64,000 nucleotides of DNA. Source: Oscillospiraceae bacterium. GTDB taxonomy: Bacteria > Bacillota > Clostridia > Oscillospirales > Ruminococcaceae. The stretch spans positions 17,829 to 81,828 of the forward strand of contig JAFTYW010000036.1 in NCBI GenBank assembly GCA_017461245.1, read 5' to 3'. Both the position numbers and the translations under genes were made by a program. How positions within the stretch are numbered: the first letter of the stretch is position 1; the number at the start of each line of letters is the position of its first letter. The notes under the pieces were generated by a model. It searched no databases. It saw only the letters and a program-made list of their open reading frames with translations, and was not told the origin of the DNA. Shown piece by piece: positions 53,577 through 62,100 of this stretch.

Positions 53577-54563
53577 TTACCGCCGCGCTATTTCGCCCAA
53601 ACGAATTTCGAGCGAAGCCAGCGCCAGCGCGAGATTTGCATTTCCATTTACTGCAGAAATAAATTTCTGACACTCGTCTACTCCCTCGAGCGCCGCGCGC
53701 ACCGAAAGATACTTTGACAAGCATTTAACCGCCTCGTCGCAGCCGCTGAGGCGTTCTTTTGCGCCTGCAAGAGCGGCGCAAACATCTCTGAAAAGCAGCA
53801 GCATAAGCTCTGCAAGTCTTAATGCCGCTTCCTTTTTCTTTGAAAATTTTCCAAGCTCTAGGCAAAGCAAGGCCCTGTCTTTATCGCAGATTGCATTTGC
53901 AATGCGCTCTATAGCCTCGTAAAGCTCGGAAAGCTCTTTGCCCTCTGCAATTTCAAGGGCTACGCCGATATTCCCGCCCGCAAGGAGAGCAGCGCGCTCT
54001 GCCTTTTCCTTAGAAATTTCGGGAAATCTTTTTAAAACCTCTTTCTCTACCTCGTTCTTTGCGGCAGGGGTGAGCGAAATCTCGGTAACCCTCGAGCGAA
54101 CAGTGGGAAGAAGTGCCTGACTATTTTGGCAGGTTAGGATAAAAAAGCTATCCTCGGGCGGCTCCTCGATCATTTTAAGAATTGAGTTTTGGGCAAATCG
54201 GTTCATACGCTCGGCATTATAGATTATAAAGATCTTTTTATCTGCGTCGTTAGGCTTTACAAAAAGATTGGTTTTTAAAGGCGCAATTTCCTTAACGCCT
54301 ATAGTTTCGGACTTGCCCGCGGGGTAAATTTTAAAAACATCGGGGTGGATATTTTTAGATATTTTCAGACAGGCGGGGCATGCACCGCACGGCTCGCCGC
54401 CGTTTTCGCATAAAAGCATTTTACAAAGGTAATCGGCAAAGGTCGATTTACCTATACCCTTTGCGCCCGACAAAACAAGAGCGTGAGAAAGCCTGCCGCT
54501 TTTTACAGCAGCAGAAACAGACTCTATTGCTCCCTCTTTACCGATAAGCTGTGGCTCAGCCAT
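53577..54563 (-). CDS. holB: DNA polymerase III delta-prime subunit
   Basis: SHALVLSGAKGIGKST, a zinc-module-like CGACPAC, and ...IEEPPE... Confidence 0.85.
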   Translation of the reverse strand: MAEPQLIGKEGAIESVSAAVKSGRLSHALVLSGAKGIGKSTFADYLCKMLLCENGGEPCGACPACLKISKNIHPDVFKIYPAGKSETIGVKEIAPLKTNLFVKPNDADKKIFIIYNAERMNRFAQNSILKMIEEPPEDSFFILTCQNSQALLPTVRSRVTEISLTPAAKNEVEKEVLKRFPEISKEKAERAALLAGGNIGVALEIAEGKELSELYEAIERIANAICDKDRALLCLELGKFSKKKEAALRLAELMLLLFRDVCAALAGAKERLSGCDEAVKCLSKYLSVRAALEGVDECQKFISAVNGNANLALALASLEIRLGEIARR

Positions 54564-54571
54564 TTTACCGA

Positions 54572-54898
54572 TTAAACCTTTTCAAAGCGTTCAATATCCA
54601 TAACAAAGATGGAAGCGCCGCCGACTGTGACCTCTATAGGCAGGGGATCATACATACCTACACCGTAGCTTGTGGCGGCGGGCATAACCTGCTTTCTCTT
54701 CTTACTGTGGGAAGAGATGAGGGAAATAACATCGTCAACCTTATCCTCGTCGATACCGATGAGGAAGGTGGTGTTACCCATCATAAGAAATCCGCCGGTC
54801 GTTGCAAGCTTTGTTGCAGAGTAACCGTTTTTAGTAAGTGCGCGCATTACGGCGTTGCTGTCATCACTATTGACAACTGCGATAACCATTTTCATCAT
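54572..54898 (-). CDS. darA: PII-like cyclic-di-AMP receptor (YaaQ/DarA, DUF970)
   Basis: ...VIAVVNSDDSNAVMRALTKNGYSATKLATTGGFLMMGNTTFLIG... Confidence 0.8.
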   Translation of the reverse strand: MMKMVIAVVNSDDSNAVMRALTKNGYSATKLATTGGFLMMGNTTFLIGIDEDKVDDVISLISSHSKKRKQVMPAATSYGVGMYDPLPIEVTVGGASIFVMDIERFEKV

Positions 54899-55028
54899 AA
54901 CTAGTACCCCCTATATCTTGTGCGAGTAATTATATTTAATAATATTTTAACACATATTTTTTTTAGTTGCAAGAAGCTTTTAAATAATATATACTTATTT
55001 TATAGAAAAAATTGAAGGGAAAGGTGTT

Positions 55029-55865
55029 ATGAAGGGCAAAATCAGTAAATTTTTTGAAAAACACGGCTTAAACATATACGGTTTTTGCCGTTTTGATGCT
55101 CTTTCCGAGCCTTTTAAAACGAGAAACGCTTGTTTGATTCCGGAAAACGCCAAGAGTGTTATAACATTTTTGTTCCCGTACAAAACTCCCGCTCCGAAAA
55201 AGCGCAACCTCTCGCTTTACTGCATAGGCTTAGATTACCACACAATTATTCAAAACAAGCTCTCGGCGGTCTGCTCAGAGCTTTCAGAGCTTTTTCCGAA
55301 AAATACGTTTGTTTCGTTTTGCGACAACTCCCCTATTCACGAAACGCAGGCAGCTTACCTAAGCGGCCTTGGGTATCTGGGTAAAAACTCGCTTATCATT
55401 CACAGAAAGTACGGCTCGTTTTGTTTTATCGGCGAGATAGTCACAGATTTAGAATTTGACTCATATTCTTCCCCGCTTGGTTTTTGTTTAGGGTGTGGAG
55501 AGTGCCTTAACGCCTGCGCGGGCGGCGCCCTCAAAATTTCTGACGGGCAGGTCTATCTCTTGGAAAAGGAAAGCTGTGTTTCGCACATCACGCAGAAAAA
55601 GGGTGCGCTTACCGAAAGGCAGGTCGATTTAATTTCTGAAAACGGACTTGTATGGGGGTGCGACAACTGTTCGATCTACTGCCCTATGAATAAGCAGGCC
55701 GAGGACACATATATAGACGAGTTTTACCTCTCGCAGATGCCGGTTCTAAGCGAGCAAAACGTAGACGACATTAGCGAGCGAGCCTACGCCTACAAGGGAA
55801 AGGAAATTTTACTTAGAAATCTTGGAATAATCGGGCAAAAAGGCGGCAATAATAAGGGAAAATAA
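55029..55865 (+). CDS. Epoxyqueuosine-reductase-like 4Fe-4S protein (short QueG/DUF1730 type)
   Basis: ...YLGKNSLIIHRKYGSFCFIGEI..., CLGCGECLNAC and WGCDNCSIYCP. Confidence 0.55.
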   Translation: MKGKISKFFEKHGLNIYGFCRFDALSEPFKTRNACLIPENAKSVITFLFPYKTPAPKKRNLSLYCIGLDYHTIIQNKLSAVCSELSELFPKNTFVSFCDNSPIHETQAAYLSGLGYLGKNSLIIHRKYGSFCFIGEIVTDLEFDSYSSPLGFCLGCGECLNACAGGALKISDGQVYLLEKESCVSHITQKKGALTERQVDLISENGLVWGCDNCSIYCPMNKQAEDTYIDEFYLSQMPVLSEQNVDDISERAYAYKGKEILLRNLGIIGQKGGNNKGK

Positions 55866-55885
55866 TCCACTTAGGAGGCCACCTT

Positions 55886-56296
55886 ATGCTTGTCAAGGAT
55901 ATTATGAGCAAAAACTTAATTACCGTTAAGGAGAGCGATACTCTCCAGCACGCCGCCGAGCTTATGCAGCAATACGACATCGGTATTCTCCCCGTTGTCT
56001 GCGACGGAAAGTTGTGCGGAGTTATCACCGACCGAGATATCGTCACGCGCGGCGTTTGCAAGTCAAAGGACGTTTGCGACATTCCCGTTTCGAACTGCAT
56101 GAGCAAGAGCACGGTCTGCGCTAATCCCGACCAGCAGGTCGAGGAGGCAGCAAAAACAATGGCAGCTCAGCAGGTGCGGCGCGTTCCCGTTACGGAAAAC
56201 GGCTGTCTGTGCGGTATTCTCTCCATCGGCGACATTTCCAAAAACAGTTTTGACACCGAAGTTGCAAAAGCAATGTGCGAAATCTCAAAGCCTTAA
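55886..56296 (+). CDS. CBS-pair domain protein
   Basis: 136 aa containing two CBS motifs (MLVKDIMSKNLITV... / ...VRRVPVTENGCLCGILSIGDI). Confidence 0.8.
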   Translation: MLVKDIMSKNLITVKESDTLQHAAELMQQYDIGILPVVCDGKLCGVITDRDIVTRGVCKSKDVCDIPVSNCMSKSTVCANPDQQVEEAAKTMAAQQVRRVPVTENGCLCGILSIGDISKNSFDTEVAKAMCEISKP

Positions 56297-56346
56297 AAAG
56301 TTCAGTCTTAAAAACGCAGTCTAAAAAATCACAACCGCAAAAGCAT

Positions 56347-56386
56347 AAAACCGCTCGGCACACGCCGAGCGGTTTTATTGTTTTGT
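56347..56386 (+). terminator. Intrinsic terminator
   Basis: AAAACCGCTCGG / CCGAGCGGTTTT followed by ATTGTTTT. Confidence 0.8.
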
Positions 56387-56444
56387 GCAGTTAATTTAAA
56401 ACTGTATAACAGTACAATAAAAATACAACTATTAGGATTAATTT

Positions 56445-56517
56445 TGTAGGGACCGACCTGCGTGTCATGCCGCAAAACAGCGCCGCAAACGGAACGACAC
56501 ATAGGTCGTTCCCTACA
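56445..56517. repeat. Palindromic TGTAGGGA(C/A)CGACCT element (two inverted copies)
   Basis: TGTAGGGACCGACCT (56445-56459) pairs 14/15 with AGGTCGTTCCCTACA (56503-56517). There is an inner hairpin GGAACGAC-acatag-GTCGTTCC, and a T-run follows. Confidence 0.65.
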
Positions 56518-56645
56518 TTTTTTATCAAAAGTATTATGTATAGCGGAGGATTTTTGAGTTTTTGGGAGGATTTGGGCGAATTTTGCATAAAAATACAGTT
56601 TAGCTTTATTTTTTAAAATTTTATTTAGAATTTTCGCAAAAGATA

Positions 56646-56674
56646 TTGACCTTTTTGCATTTTCCCACTATACT
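56646..56674 (+). promoter_or_regulatory. Candidate promoter of the pot operon
   Basis: TTGACC, a 17-nt spacer, then TATACT. Confidence 0.5.
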
Positions 56675-56679
56675 TAAAA

Positions 56680-56900
56680 TGTTATTTTGCGTCTATATGC
56701 AAAAACAAGTGCACCATAGCTTTCAAGTTCCGTTGTTTGCTCTTTTTTCCTTAAAAGAGTGAAATAAAAATCCTTTTGCGGGGTGCGGTTTCAAAAGAGC
56801 TATGGGTTAGCAGGATATTGCGCCGTTATCCGAAAAGTTTTGGCGCAAACAGCTAATGAAAGACCGAGGGAAAGTCCGCTCGGTTAAAAACCGCAAAGGG
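56680..56900 (+). promoter_or_regulatory. Long structured 5' leader of potABCD (class unknown)
   Basis: ACCATAGCT (about 56714) pairs with AGCTATGGGT (about 56799). Inner hairpins are CTCTTTT/AAAAGAG, TTGCGCC/GGCGCAA and ACCGAG/CTCGGT. Confidence 0.4.
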
Positions 56901-56910
56901 AGGATGCAAA

Positions 56911-58314
56911 ATGGGAAGTGTCCCTATTATTGAACTGAAAGACGTTGTATTTGAATACGACGGCGAAAGGGTTTTGGACGGAATAAATCTGTCTATCCGC
57001 GACAAAGAGTTTGTTACATTCCTCGGCCCCTCGGGCTGTGGAAAAACTACCACGCTTCGCATTATCGGCGGCTTTATGAACGCCAAAAGCGGCGAGGTTT
57101 ATTTTGACGGAAAAGAGTGCAGTTCTGTTCCCCCGCACAAGAGGAATATCAACACAGTTTTCCAGAAGTACGCTCTTTTTCCCCATCTTAACGTTTTTGA
57201 GAATGTTGCATTCGGACTTAAAGTTAAAAAAATGCCGAATGATGAAATTAAAAAGCGTGTTTCCAAAATGCTTGAGCTTGTAAACCTCAAGGGTTTTGAC
57301 AAGCGCAAGGTAAATCAGCTTTCGGGCGGTCAGCAGCAGAGAGTTGCTATTGCAAGAGCACTTGTAAATTACCCCAAGGTGCTGCTTCTTGACGAGCCTC
57401 TCGGCGCCCTTGACTTAAAGCTTAGAAAAGAAATGCAGCTTGAGCTTAAGAAAATTCAGCAGAGCCTTGACATAACCTTTATCTACGTTACTCACGATCA
57501 GGAAGAGGCTCTCACAATGTCCGACACCGTTGTTGTTATGAAGGACGGCGTTATTCAGCAGATAGGAACTCCGCAGGACATTTACAACGAACCTAAAAAC
57601 GCTTTCGTTGCCGACTTTATCGGCGAAAGCAATATTATAGACGCCATTATGGTAAAGGACTTTCTTGTCCGTTTCCAAGGCTGCGACTTTACCTGCGTTG
57701 ACAAGGGCTTTGCACCCATGCAGCCCGTTGACGTTGTTATTCGCCCCGAGGACATCAAGCTCTCCCCCGCCATTATGGGTATGAAGACCGGCATTGTCGA
57801 GTCGGTCGTTTTCAAGGGCGTTCACTACGAGATCTCCGTCGACTGCGACGGATATCACTACATTGTTCACTCTACCGCTAAGCAAGAGGTTGGCGACAGA
57901 GTGGGCCTTAGCGTTGACCCCGCCGACATTCACATTATGCAGAGGCTTTTTGCCGACGACAAAAACACGGTTTACGGCGAGGTTACGGGCGAGAACACGG
58001 TTGAGTTCTGCGGCTTCTCCTTTGAAAGAGAAAATCTATCTCTTCCCGAAGGCACCCGTGTGCAGCTTACAATTTATCCTCAGGACATCGAGGTCGTTTC
58101 TGAGGACATTGCCGATTCAAAGGCATACTTAGAGTCGCTTGTCTACAAGGGCAAGCACAACGAGCTCATCGTCTGGATGGCTGAGCGCCAGTGGCTCATC
58201 CACTCCCAGATTGACGAGCAGGTTGCAACCGACATTGGAATCAAATTCGATTTTGACAAGATCGAAATCACCCCCGTCTTAACTGATGAGGAGGTGGCAG
58301 ACAGTGAAAAATAG
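56911..58314 (+). CDS. potA: Spermidine/putrescine ABC transporter ATP-binding protein with an extended C-terminus
   Basis: [36 protein letters not shown]. It is 467 aa, about 100 aa longer than I expect for PotA. Confidence 0.85.
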   Translation: MGSVPIIELKDVVFEYDGERVLDGINLSIRDKEFVTFLGPSGCGKTTTLRIIGGFMNAKSGEVYFDGKECSSVPPHKRNINTVFQKYALFPHLNVFENVAFGLKVKKMPNDEIKKRVSKMLELVNLKGFDKRKVNQLSGGQQQRVAIARALVNYPKVLLLDEPLGALDLKLRKEMQLELKKIQQSLDITFIYVTHDQEEALTMSDTVVVMKDGVIQQIGTPQDIYNEPKNAFVADFIGESNIIDAIMVKDFLVRFQGCDFTCVDKGFAPMQPVDVVIRPEDIKLSPAIMGMKTGIVESVVFKGVHYEISVDCDGYHYIVHSTAKQEVGDRVGLSVDPADIHIMQRLFADDKNTVYGEVTGENTVEFCGFSFERENLSLPEGTRVQLTIYPQDIEVVSEDIADSKAYLESLVYKGKHNELIVWMAERQWLIHSQIDEQVATDIGIKFDFDKIEITPVLTDEEVADSEK

Positions 58315-59110
58315 GGCGCTTGCCATTCCTCACATTGTTTGGGCGCTTGTTTTCATTGTTATTCCCATCTGCTTTGTGCTTTATTTCGCATTCACCGACG
58401 ACAGCGGCGCTTTTACGCTTATGTGGGTCGGTCAGATCGGGAAATACTGGGGAGTTTTTGCCCGCTCCTTAAAGCTAGCGCTTATTGCAACGGTTATCTG
58501 TCTCTTAGTTGGTTATCCTATGGCATATATCATTTCAAGGTGCAACTGGCTTACCCAGCGCACCCTCACAATGCTCATTATGCTGCCTATGTGGATGAAT
58601 TTTCTTCTTCGCACATACGCTTGGATGACGCTGCTCGAGAGAAACGGAATCATAAACAACTTTTTAGAGTCAATAGGGCTTATTTCAGAGCCTCTTAAGA
58701 TGATCAACACCGAGGGCGCAGTTGTTATCGGTATGGTCTACAACTTTCTGCCCTTTATGATCCTGCCGCTTTACAACATTATGGTTAAGATCGACAACTC
58801 TCTTATCGAGGCGGCGCAGGACTTAGGCTGCAGCTTTCCCAGCGTTTTAAGGCGGGTTCTCTTCCCCTTAAGCGTTCCAGGAATTATAAACGGAATTACG
58901 ATGGTTTTTGTTCCTGCCGCATCCACCTTTGTTATATCGCAAAAGCTCGGCGGAGCAAAAAATATGCTTATTGGCGACCTTATCGACACCTATTTTATGG
59001 GCGGCGAGCCTAACTTCCACGTTGGCTCTATGCTCTCTTTAGTGCTTATGCTGATAATTCTTATCTGCATGGCATTTATGAATCAGGACGACGAGGAGGT
59101 TATGCTGTAA
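58304..59110 (+). CDS. potB: Spermidine/putrescine ABC permease
   Basis: BPD permease. The GTG at 58304 follows GAGGAGGTGG. The ATG at 58286 is the alternative start. Confidence 0.85.
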   Translation: MKNRALAIPHIVWALVFIVIPICFVLYFAFTDDSGAFTLMWVGQIGKYWGVFARSLKLALIATVICLLVGYPMAYIISRCNWLTQRTLTMLIMLPMWMNFLLRTYAWMTLLERNGIINNFLESIGLISEPLKMINTEGAVVIGMVYNFLPFMILPLYNIMVKIDNSLIEAAQDLGCSFPSVLRRVLFPLSVPGIINGITMVFVPAASTFVISQKLGGAKNMLIGDLIDTYFMGGEPNFHVGSMLSLVLMLIILICMAFMNQDDEEVML

Positions 59111-59907
59111 TGAAAAAGGCCTTCTCAAAAATCTATCTTAGTTTAGTTTATCTGTTCCTTTACGCACCTATTATTGTTCTTATAGTTTTCTCGTTTAACG
59201 AGAGTAAGAGCAAATCGCATTTCTCGGGCTTTTCGCTTAAATGGTACATCGAGCTTTTTGAAGACGAGCTTATTATGACCTCGCTTTTCAACACCCTTAT
59301 TCTCGCCTTGGTTTCGTCGGTTATTGCTACCCTTATCGGAACTATGGCAGCAATAGGCATCTACAGCATGAAAAAGAAAAGCCGTAGCGCAATTATGTGG
59401 GTCACAAATCTGCCGATGGTAAACCCTGAGGTTGTAACGGGTATCTCGATGATGCTTCTCTTTGTTGCATTTTCCTCTATCTTCGGCATTCAGCAGGGCT
59501 TTTACTCTGTTCTTATCGCCCACATAACCTTTAATCTGCCCTACGTTATTCTTAACGTTCTGCCAAAGCTTTATCAGGTCAACAACAACCTGTTTGAAGC
59601 GGCGCTGGACTTAGGATGCACGCCGAGGCAGGCATTTTTTAAGGTTATCATTCCCGAAATTATGCCCGGCATCTTCTCGGGATTTCTTATGGCAGTAACC
59701 CTTTCGCTTGACGATTTTATTATCAGCTACTTTACAAGCGGAAGCGATTTTCAGACCCTGCCCGTTACCATCTACAGCATGCTCAGAAAGCAGGTTCCGC
59801 CCTCGCTTAATGCTCTGTCGGCTCTGCTGTTTGTAGCGGTGCTTGCTATCCTGCTTATTTCCAACATTACGGCTATCAGAAAAGAAAAGGCCGAAATGAA
59901 ACGGTAA
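59110..59907 (+). CDS. potC: Spermidine/putrescine ABC permease
   Basis: BPD permease with a TAATG overlap with potB. Confidence 0.85.
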   Translation: MKKAFSKIYLSLVYLFLYAPIIVLIVFSFNESKSKSHFSGFSLKWYIELFEDELIMTSLFNTLILALVSSVIATLIGTMAAIGIYSMKKKSRSAIMWVTNLPMVNPEVVTGISMMLLFVAFSSIFGIQQGFYSVLIAHITFNLPYVILNVLPKLYQVNNNLFEAALDLGCTPRQAFFKVIIPEIMPGIFSGFLMAVTLSLDDFIISYFTSGSDFQTLPVTIYSMLRKQVPPSLNALSALLFVAVLAILLISNITAIRKEKAEMKR

Positions 59908-59931
59908 TTTTAACACGAAAGGTTTTGAAAA

Positions 59932-61005
59932 ATGAAAAAAATAGTTTCGCTTATTCTCTCTGTTTTTGTTATTGTTTCGCTCTTTTGCTCGGTAGGTTGC
60001 GGAAAGAAATATGACGCTACCCTTATCGTTTACAACTGGGGCGGTCCTTATATGGCTGAAGGCTCAAACGACAGCATCGACATCAACAAGATGTTTGAGG
60101 AAAGATACAACGTTAAGATAAAATACCGCACATACGACTCCAACGAGGCTATGTACGCCAAGCTTAAAAACGGCGGTGCGGAGTACGACATAATTATCCC
60201 CTCTGACTATATGGTTGCAAGGCTTATTGAGGAAGGTCTTGTTGAAAAGCTTGATTTTTCAAACATTCCCCTCTTTGAATCTAATATTATGGACAACTTC
60301 AAAAATCCAACCTACGACCCCACAAACGAATACTCTGTTCCTTATTCCTGGGGAGCTGTTGGTATCATCTACAACAAAGAGGTCGTAAAAGAAGAGGTCA
60401 AGAGCTGGGACATTCTTTGGGATGAAAAATACAAGGACAACGTCCTGATGTTTAACAACAGCCGTGATGCTTTTATGGTCGCGCAGACCATGCTCGGCTA
60501 CTCGCAGAACACCACAAACAAGGACGAGATAAAGGCCGCCGCTGACAAGCTCTCTGAGCAGAAAAGCGTTGTTCAAGGCTATTATATGGACGAGATCTAC
60601 GACAAGATGATCAACGAGGACGCCGCGATCGCAACCTACTATGCAGGCGACGCGCTTGTTATGATGGAGGAAAATGAAAATCTCGCCTTTGCCTATCCCG
60701 AGGAGGGCACAAACCGCTTTGTTGATGCAGTTTGCATCCCTAAAGGCAGCAAAAACAAGAAGTACGCTGAAATGTATATAAACTTCCTGCTTGAAGCCGA
60801 GATTGCGCTTGCAAACAGCGAGGTCACAGGCTACTGCACACCCAACAGCGCCGCATTTGAGCTTCTCGACGAGGACACAAAAAGCAACAAGATAATGTAC
60901 CCCGACGACGAGTATCTTAAAAAATGCGAGTCCTATATCCACCTACCCTCTGAAATAAACACCTACGTTCAAGAGCTTTGGATAAACATTAAGACCGAAG
61001 GTTAA
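59932..61005 (+). CDS. potD: Spermidine/putrescine-binding lipoprotein
   Basis: Lipobox region FCSVGCG, with PotD-like ...YDIIIPSDYM... and ...YSWGAVGIIYN... Confidence 0.85.
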   Translation: MKKIVSLILSVFVIVSLFCSVGCGKKYDATLIVYNWGGPYMAEGSNDSIDINKMFEERYNVKIKYRTYDSNEAMYAKLKNGGAEYDIIIPSDYMVARLIEEGLVEKLDFSNIPLFESNIMDNFKNPTYDPTNEYSVPYSWGAVGIIYNKEVVKEEVKSWDILWDEKYKDNVLMFNNSRDAFMVAQTMLGYSQNTTNKDEIKAAADKLSEQKSVVQGYYMDEIYDKMINEDAAIATYYAGDALVMMEENENLAFAYPEEGTNRFVDAVCIPKGSKNKKYAEMYINFLLEAEIALANSEVTGYCTPNSAAFELLDEDTKSNKIMYPDDEYLKKCESYIHLPSEINTYVQELWINIKTEG

Positions 61006-61040
61006 TAAAAAATCGGCAGATTTTTCTGCCGATTTTTTTA
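61006..61040 (+). terminator. Intrinsic terminator of the pot operon
   Basis: ATCGGCAG / CTGCCGAT followed by TTTTTT. Confidence 0.8.
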
Positions 61041-61042
61041 TG

Positions 61043-61070
61043 TTGACAAAATGGAAAAGAATGGTATAAT
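61043..61070 (+). promoter_or_regulatory. Promoter of the riboswitch-mntP unit
   Basis: TTGACA, a 16-nt spacer, then (TGg)TATAAT. Confidence 0.6.
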
Positions 61071-61073
61071 AAG

Positions 61074-61200
61074 TGCTATGAGGGAGTAGCAAGCGCACTC
61101 TGCGTAACAAGTCAACATACTGGCCTTTGGCCTGGCTTGTTTTAATTTGCGAGACTCATGTATGCTAAGGGATAGCCATACATGCAGTCTTTTATTGCCA
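61074..61200 (+). promoter_or_regulatory. yybP-ykoY (Mn2+) riboswitch with terminator expression platform
   Basis: Conserved cores GGGAGTAGC (61082-61090), GTCAACATAC (61111-61120) and TTGCGAGACTC (about 61147-61157). P1 is ATGAG/CTCAT. Terminator CATGTATG/CATACATG + CAGTCTTTT. It sits upstream of an mntP-family gene, the classic context. Confidence 0.85.
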
Positions 61201-61248
61201 AGTATGGTTATGCCGTGCTTGGATTTTTTATTTTTTGGAGGAATTGTA

Positions 61249-61833
61249 ATGGAACTCTCATTTACCTTCTTTTTTAACAGTATTTTGCTCGGTATCGGGC
61301 TTGCTATGGACGCATTTTCGGTCTCGCTTGCAAACGGACTTAACGAGCCGTGTATGAAAAAGGCCAAGATATGCGGCGTTGCAGGCGTTTTCTCGGTTTT
61401 TCAGTTTGCTATGCCAATGATCGGCTGGATATGCGTTACCACCATTGCACAGTATTTTACAGTTTTTGAAAAATGTATCCCCTATATCGCACTTATTCTT
61501 TTAAGCTACATAGGCGGCAAGATGCTCTACGAGGGCATAAAAAACAAGGAATCCTGCGAGGAAAAGGCATCTGTTGGCCTTACAGCGCTTATAGTTCAAG
61601 GAATTGCAACCTCTATTGATGCCCTTTCGGTCGGCTTTACTATCTCAGAATACAAGGCGCCGGAGGCTCTGCTCGCCTGCCTGCTTATCGGAGTTGTAAC
61701 CTTCTTTATCTGCCTTGCGGGAATTTTGATCGGCAAAAAAGCCGGAACAAAGCTCGCAGGAAAAGCGGGAATTTTGGGCGGTGCAATTCTGATATTTATA
61801 GGTCTTGAAATCTTTATTACAAGTTTCTTTTAA
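61249..61833 (+). CDS. mntP: Manganese efflux pump MntP
   Basis: The ATG at 61249 follows TGGAGGAA. ...LGIGLAMDAFSVSLANG... and ...ATSIDALSVGF... are the duplicated MntP motifs. Confidence 0.85.
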   Translation: MELSFTFFFNSILLGIGLAMDAFSVSLANGLNEPCMKKAKICGVAGVFSVFQFAMPMIGWICVTTIAQYFTVFEKCIPYIALILLSYIGGKMLYEGIKNKESCEEKASVGLTALIVQGIATSIDALSVGFTISEYKAPEALLACLLIGVVTFFICLAGILIGKKAGTKLAGKAGILGGAILIFIGLEIFITSFF

Positions 61834-61840
61834 AAAAATA

Positions 61841-61872
61841 AAAACCAACCTCTCTTGAGGTTGGTTTTTTTA
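61841..61872 (+). terminator. Intrinsic terminator of mntP
   Basis: AAAACCAACCTC / GAGGTTGGTTTT followed by TTTT. Confidence 0.85.
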
Positions 61873-61873
61873 A

Positions 61874-62089
61874 TGTAGGGACAGGCCAGCTCCGCTTTGC
61901 TACTGCATAAGTTCGGCTTGCCAAATCATAGATTTGGACCCTCACTTATCCGGACTGTCCGTGGTCGTGTTCAGCAAGCATCCTGCGGACCGTCGGGTAC
62001 GGAGCGAAGCGCCGAACGGGAGTGAATGACAGTCCTGCGGACTGTCAGAGCCGTGAGGAGACCAAGCCGCAGCGAGAACGGTCTCTACA
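61874..62089. repeat. 216-nt GC-rich structured intergenic element with TGTAG(G/A)GAC terminal inverted repeats
   Basis: The 5' TGTAGGGAC pairs with the 3' GTCTCTACA. Internal hairpins: ATAAGT[...CCAAATC-ata-GATTTGG...]ACTTAT, GACAGTCC-tgc-GGACTGTC and GAGACC...GGTCTC. The motif CCTGCGGAC(C/T)GTC occurs twice. All frames contain stops. Confidence 0.6.
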
Positions 62090-62100
62090 ATTCTATACAC

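Noticed and set aside
56391-56588. 65-aa minus-strand ORF.
   Set aside because: It spans the palindromic TGTAGGGAC element and AT-rich spacer, and has no RBS.
56868-56885. GAGGGAAAGTCCGCTC in the potA leader resembles the RNase P RNA GAGGAAAGUCC core.
   Set aside because: It is an isolated motif with none of the other RNase P conserved regions or the required length, and it sits in an mRNA leader.
57415-57933. 172-aa minus-strand ORF, and 60259-60942 (227 aa).
   Set aside because: They are antisense to potA and potD respectively, and are shadows of strongly coding regions.
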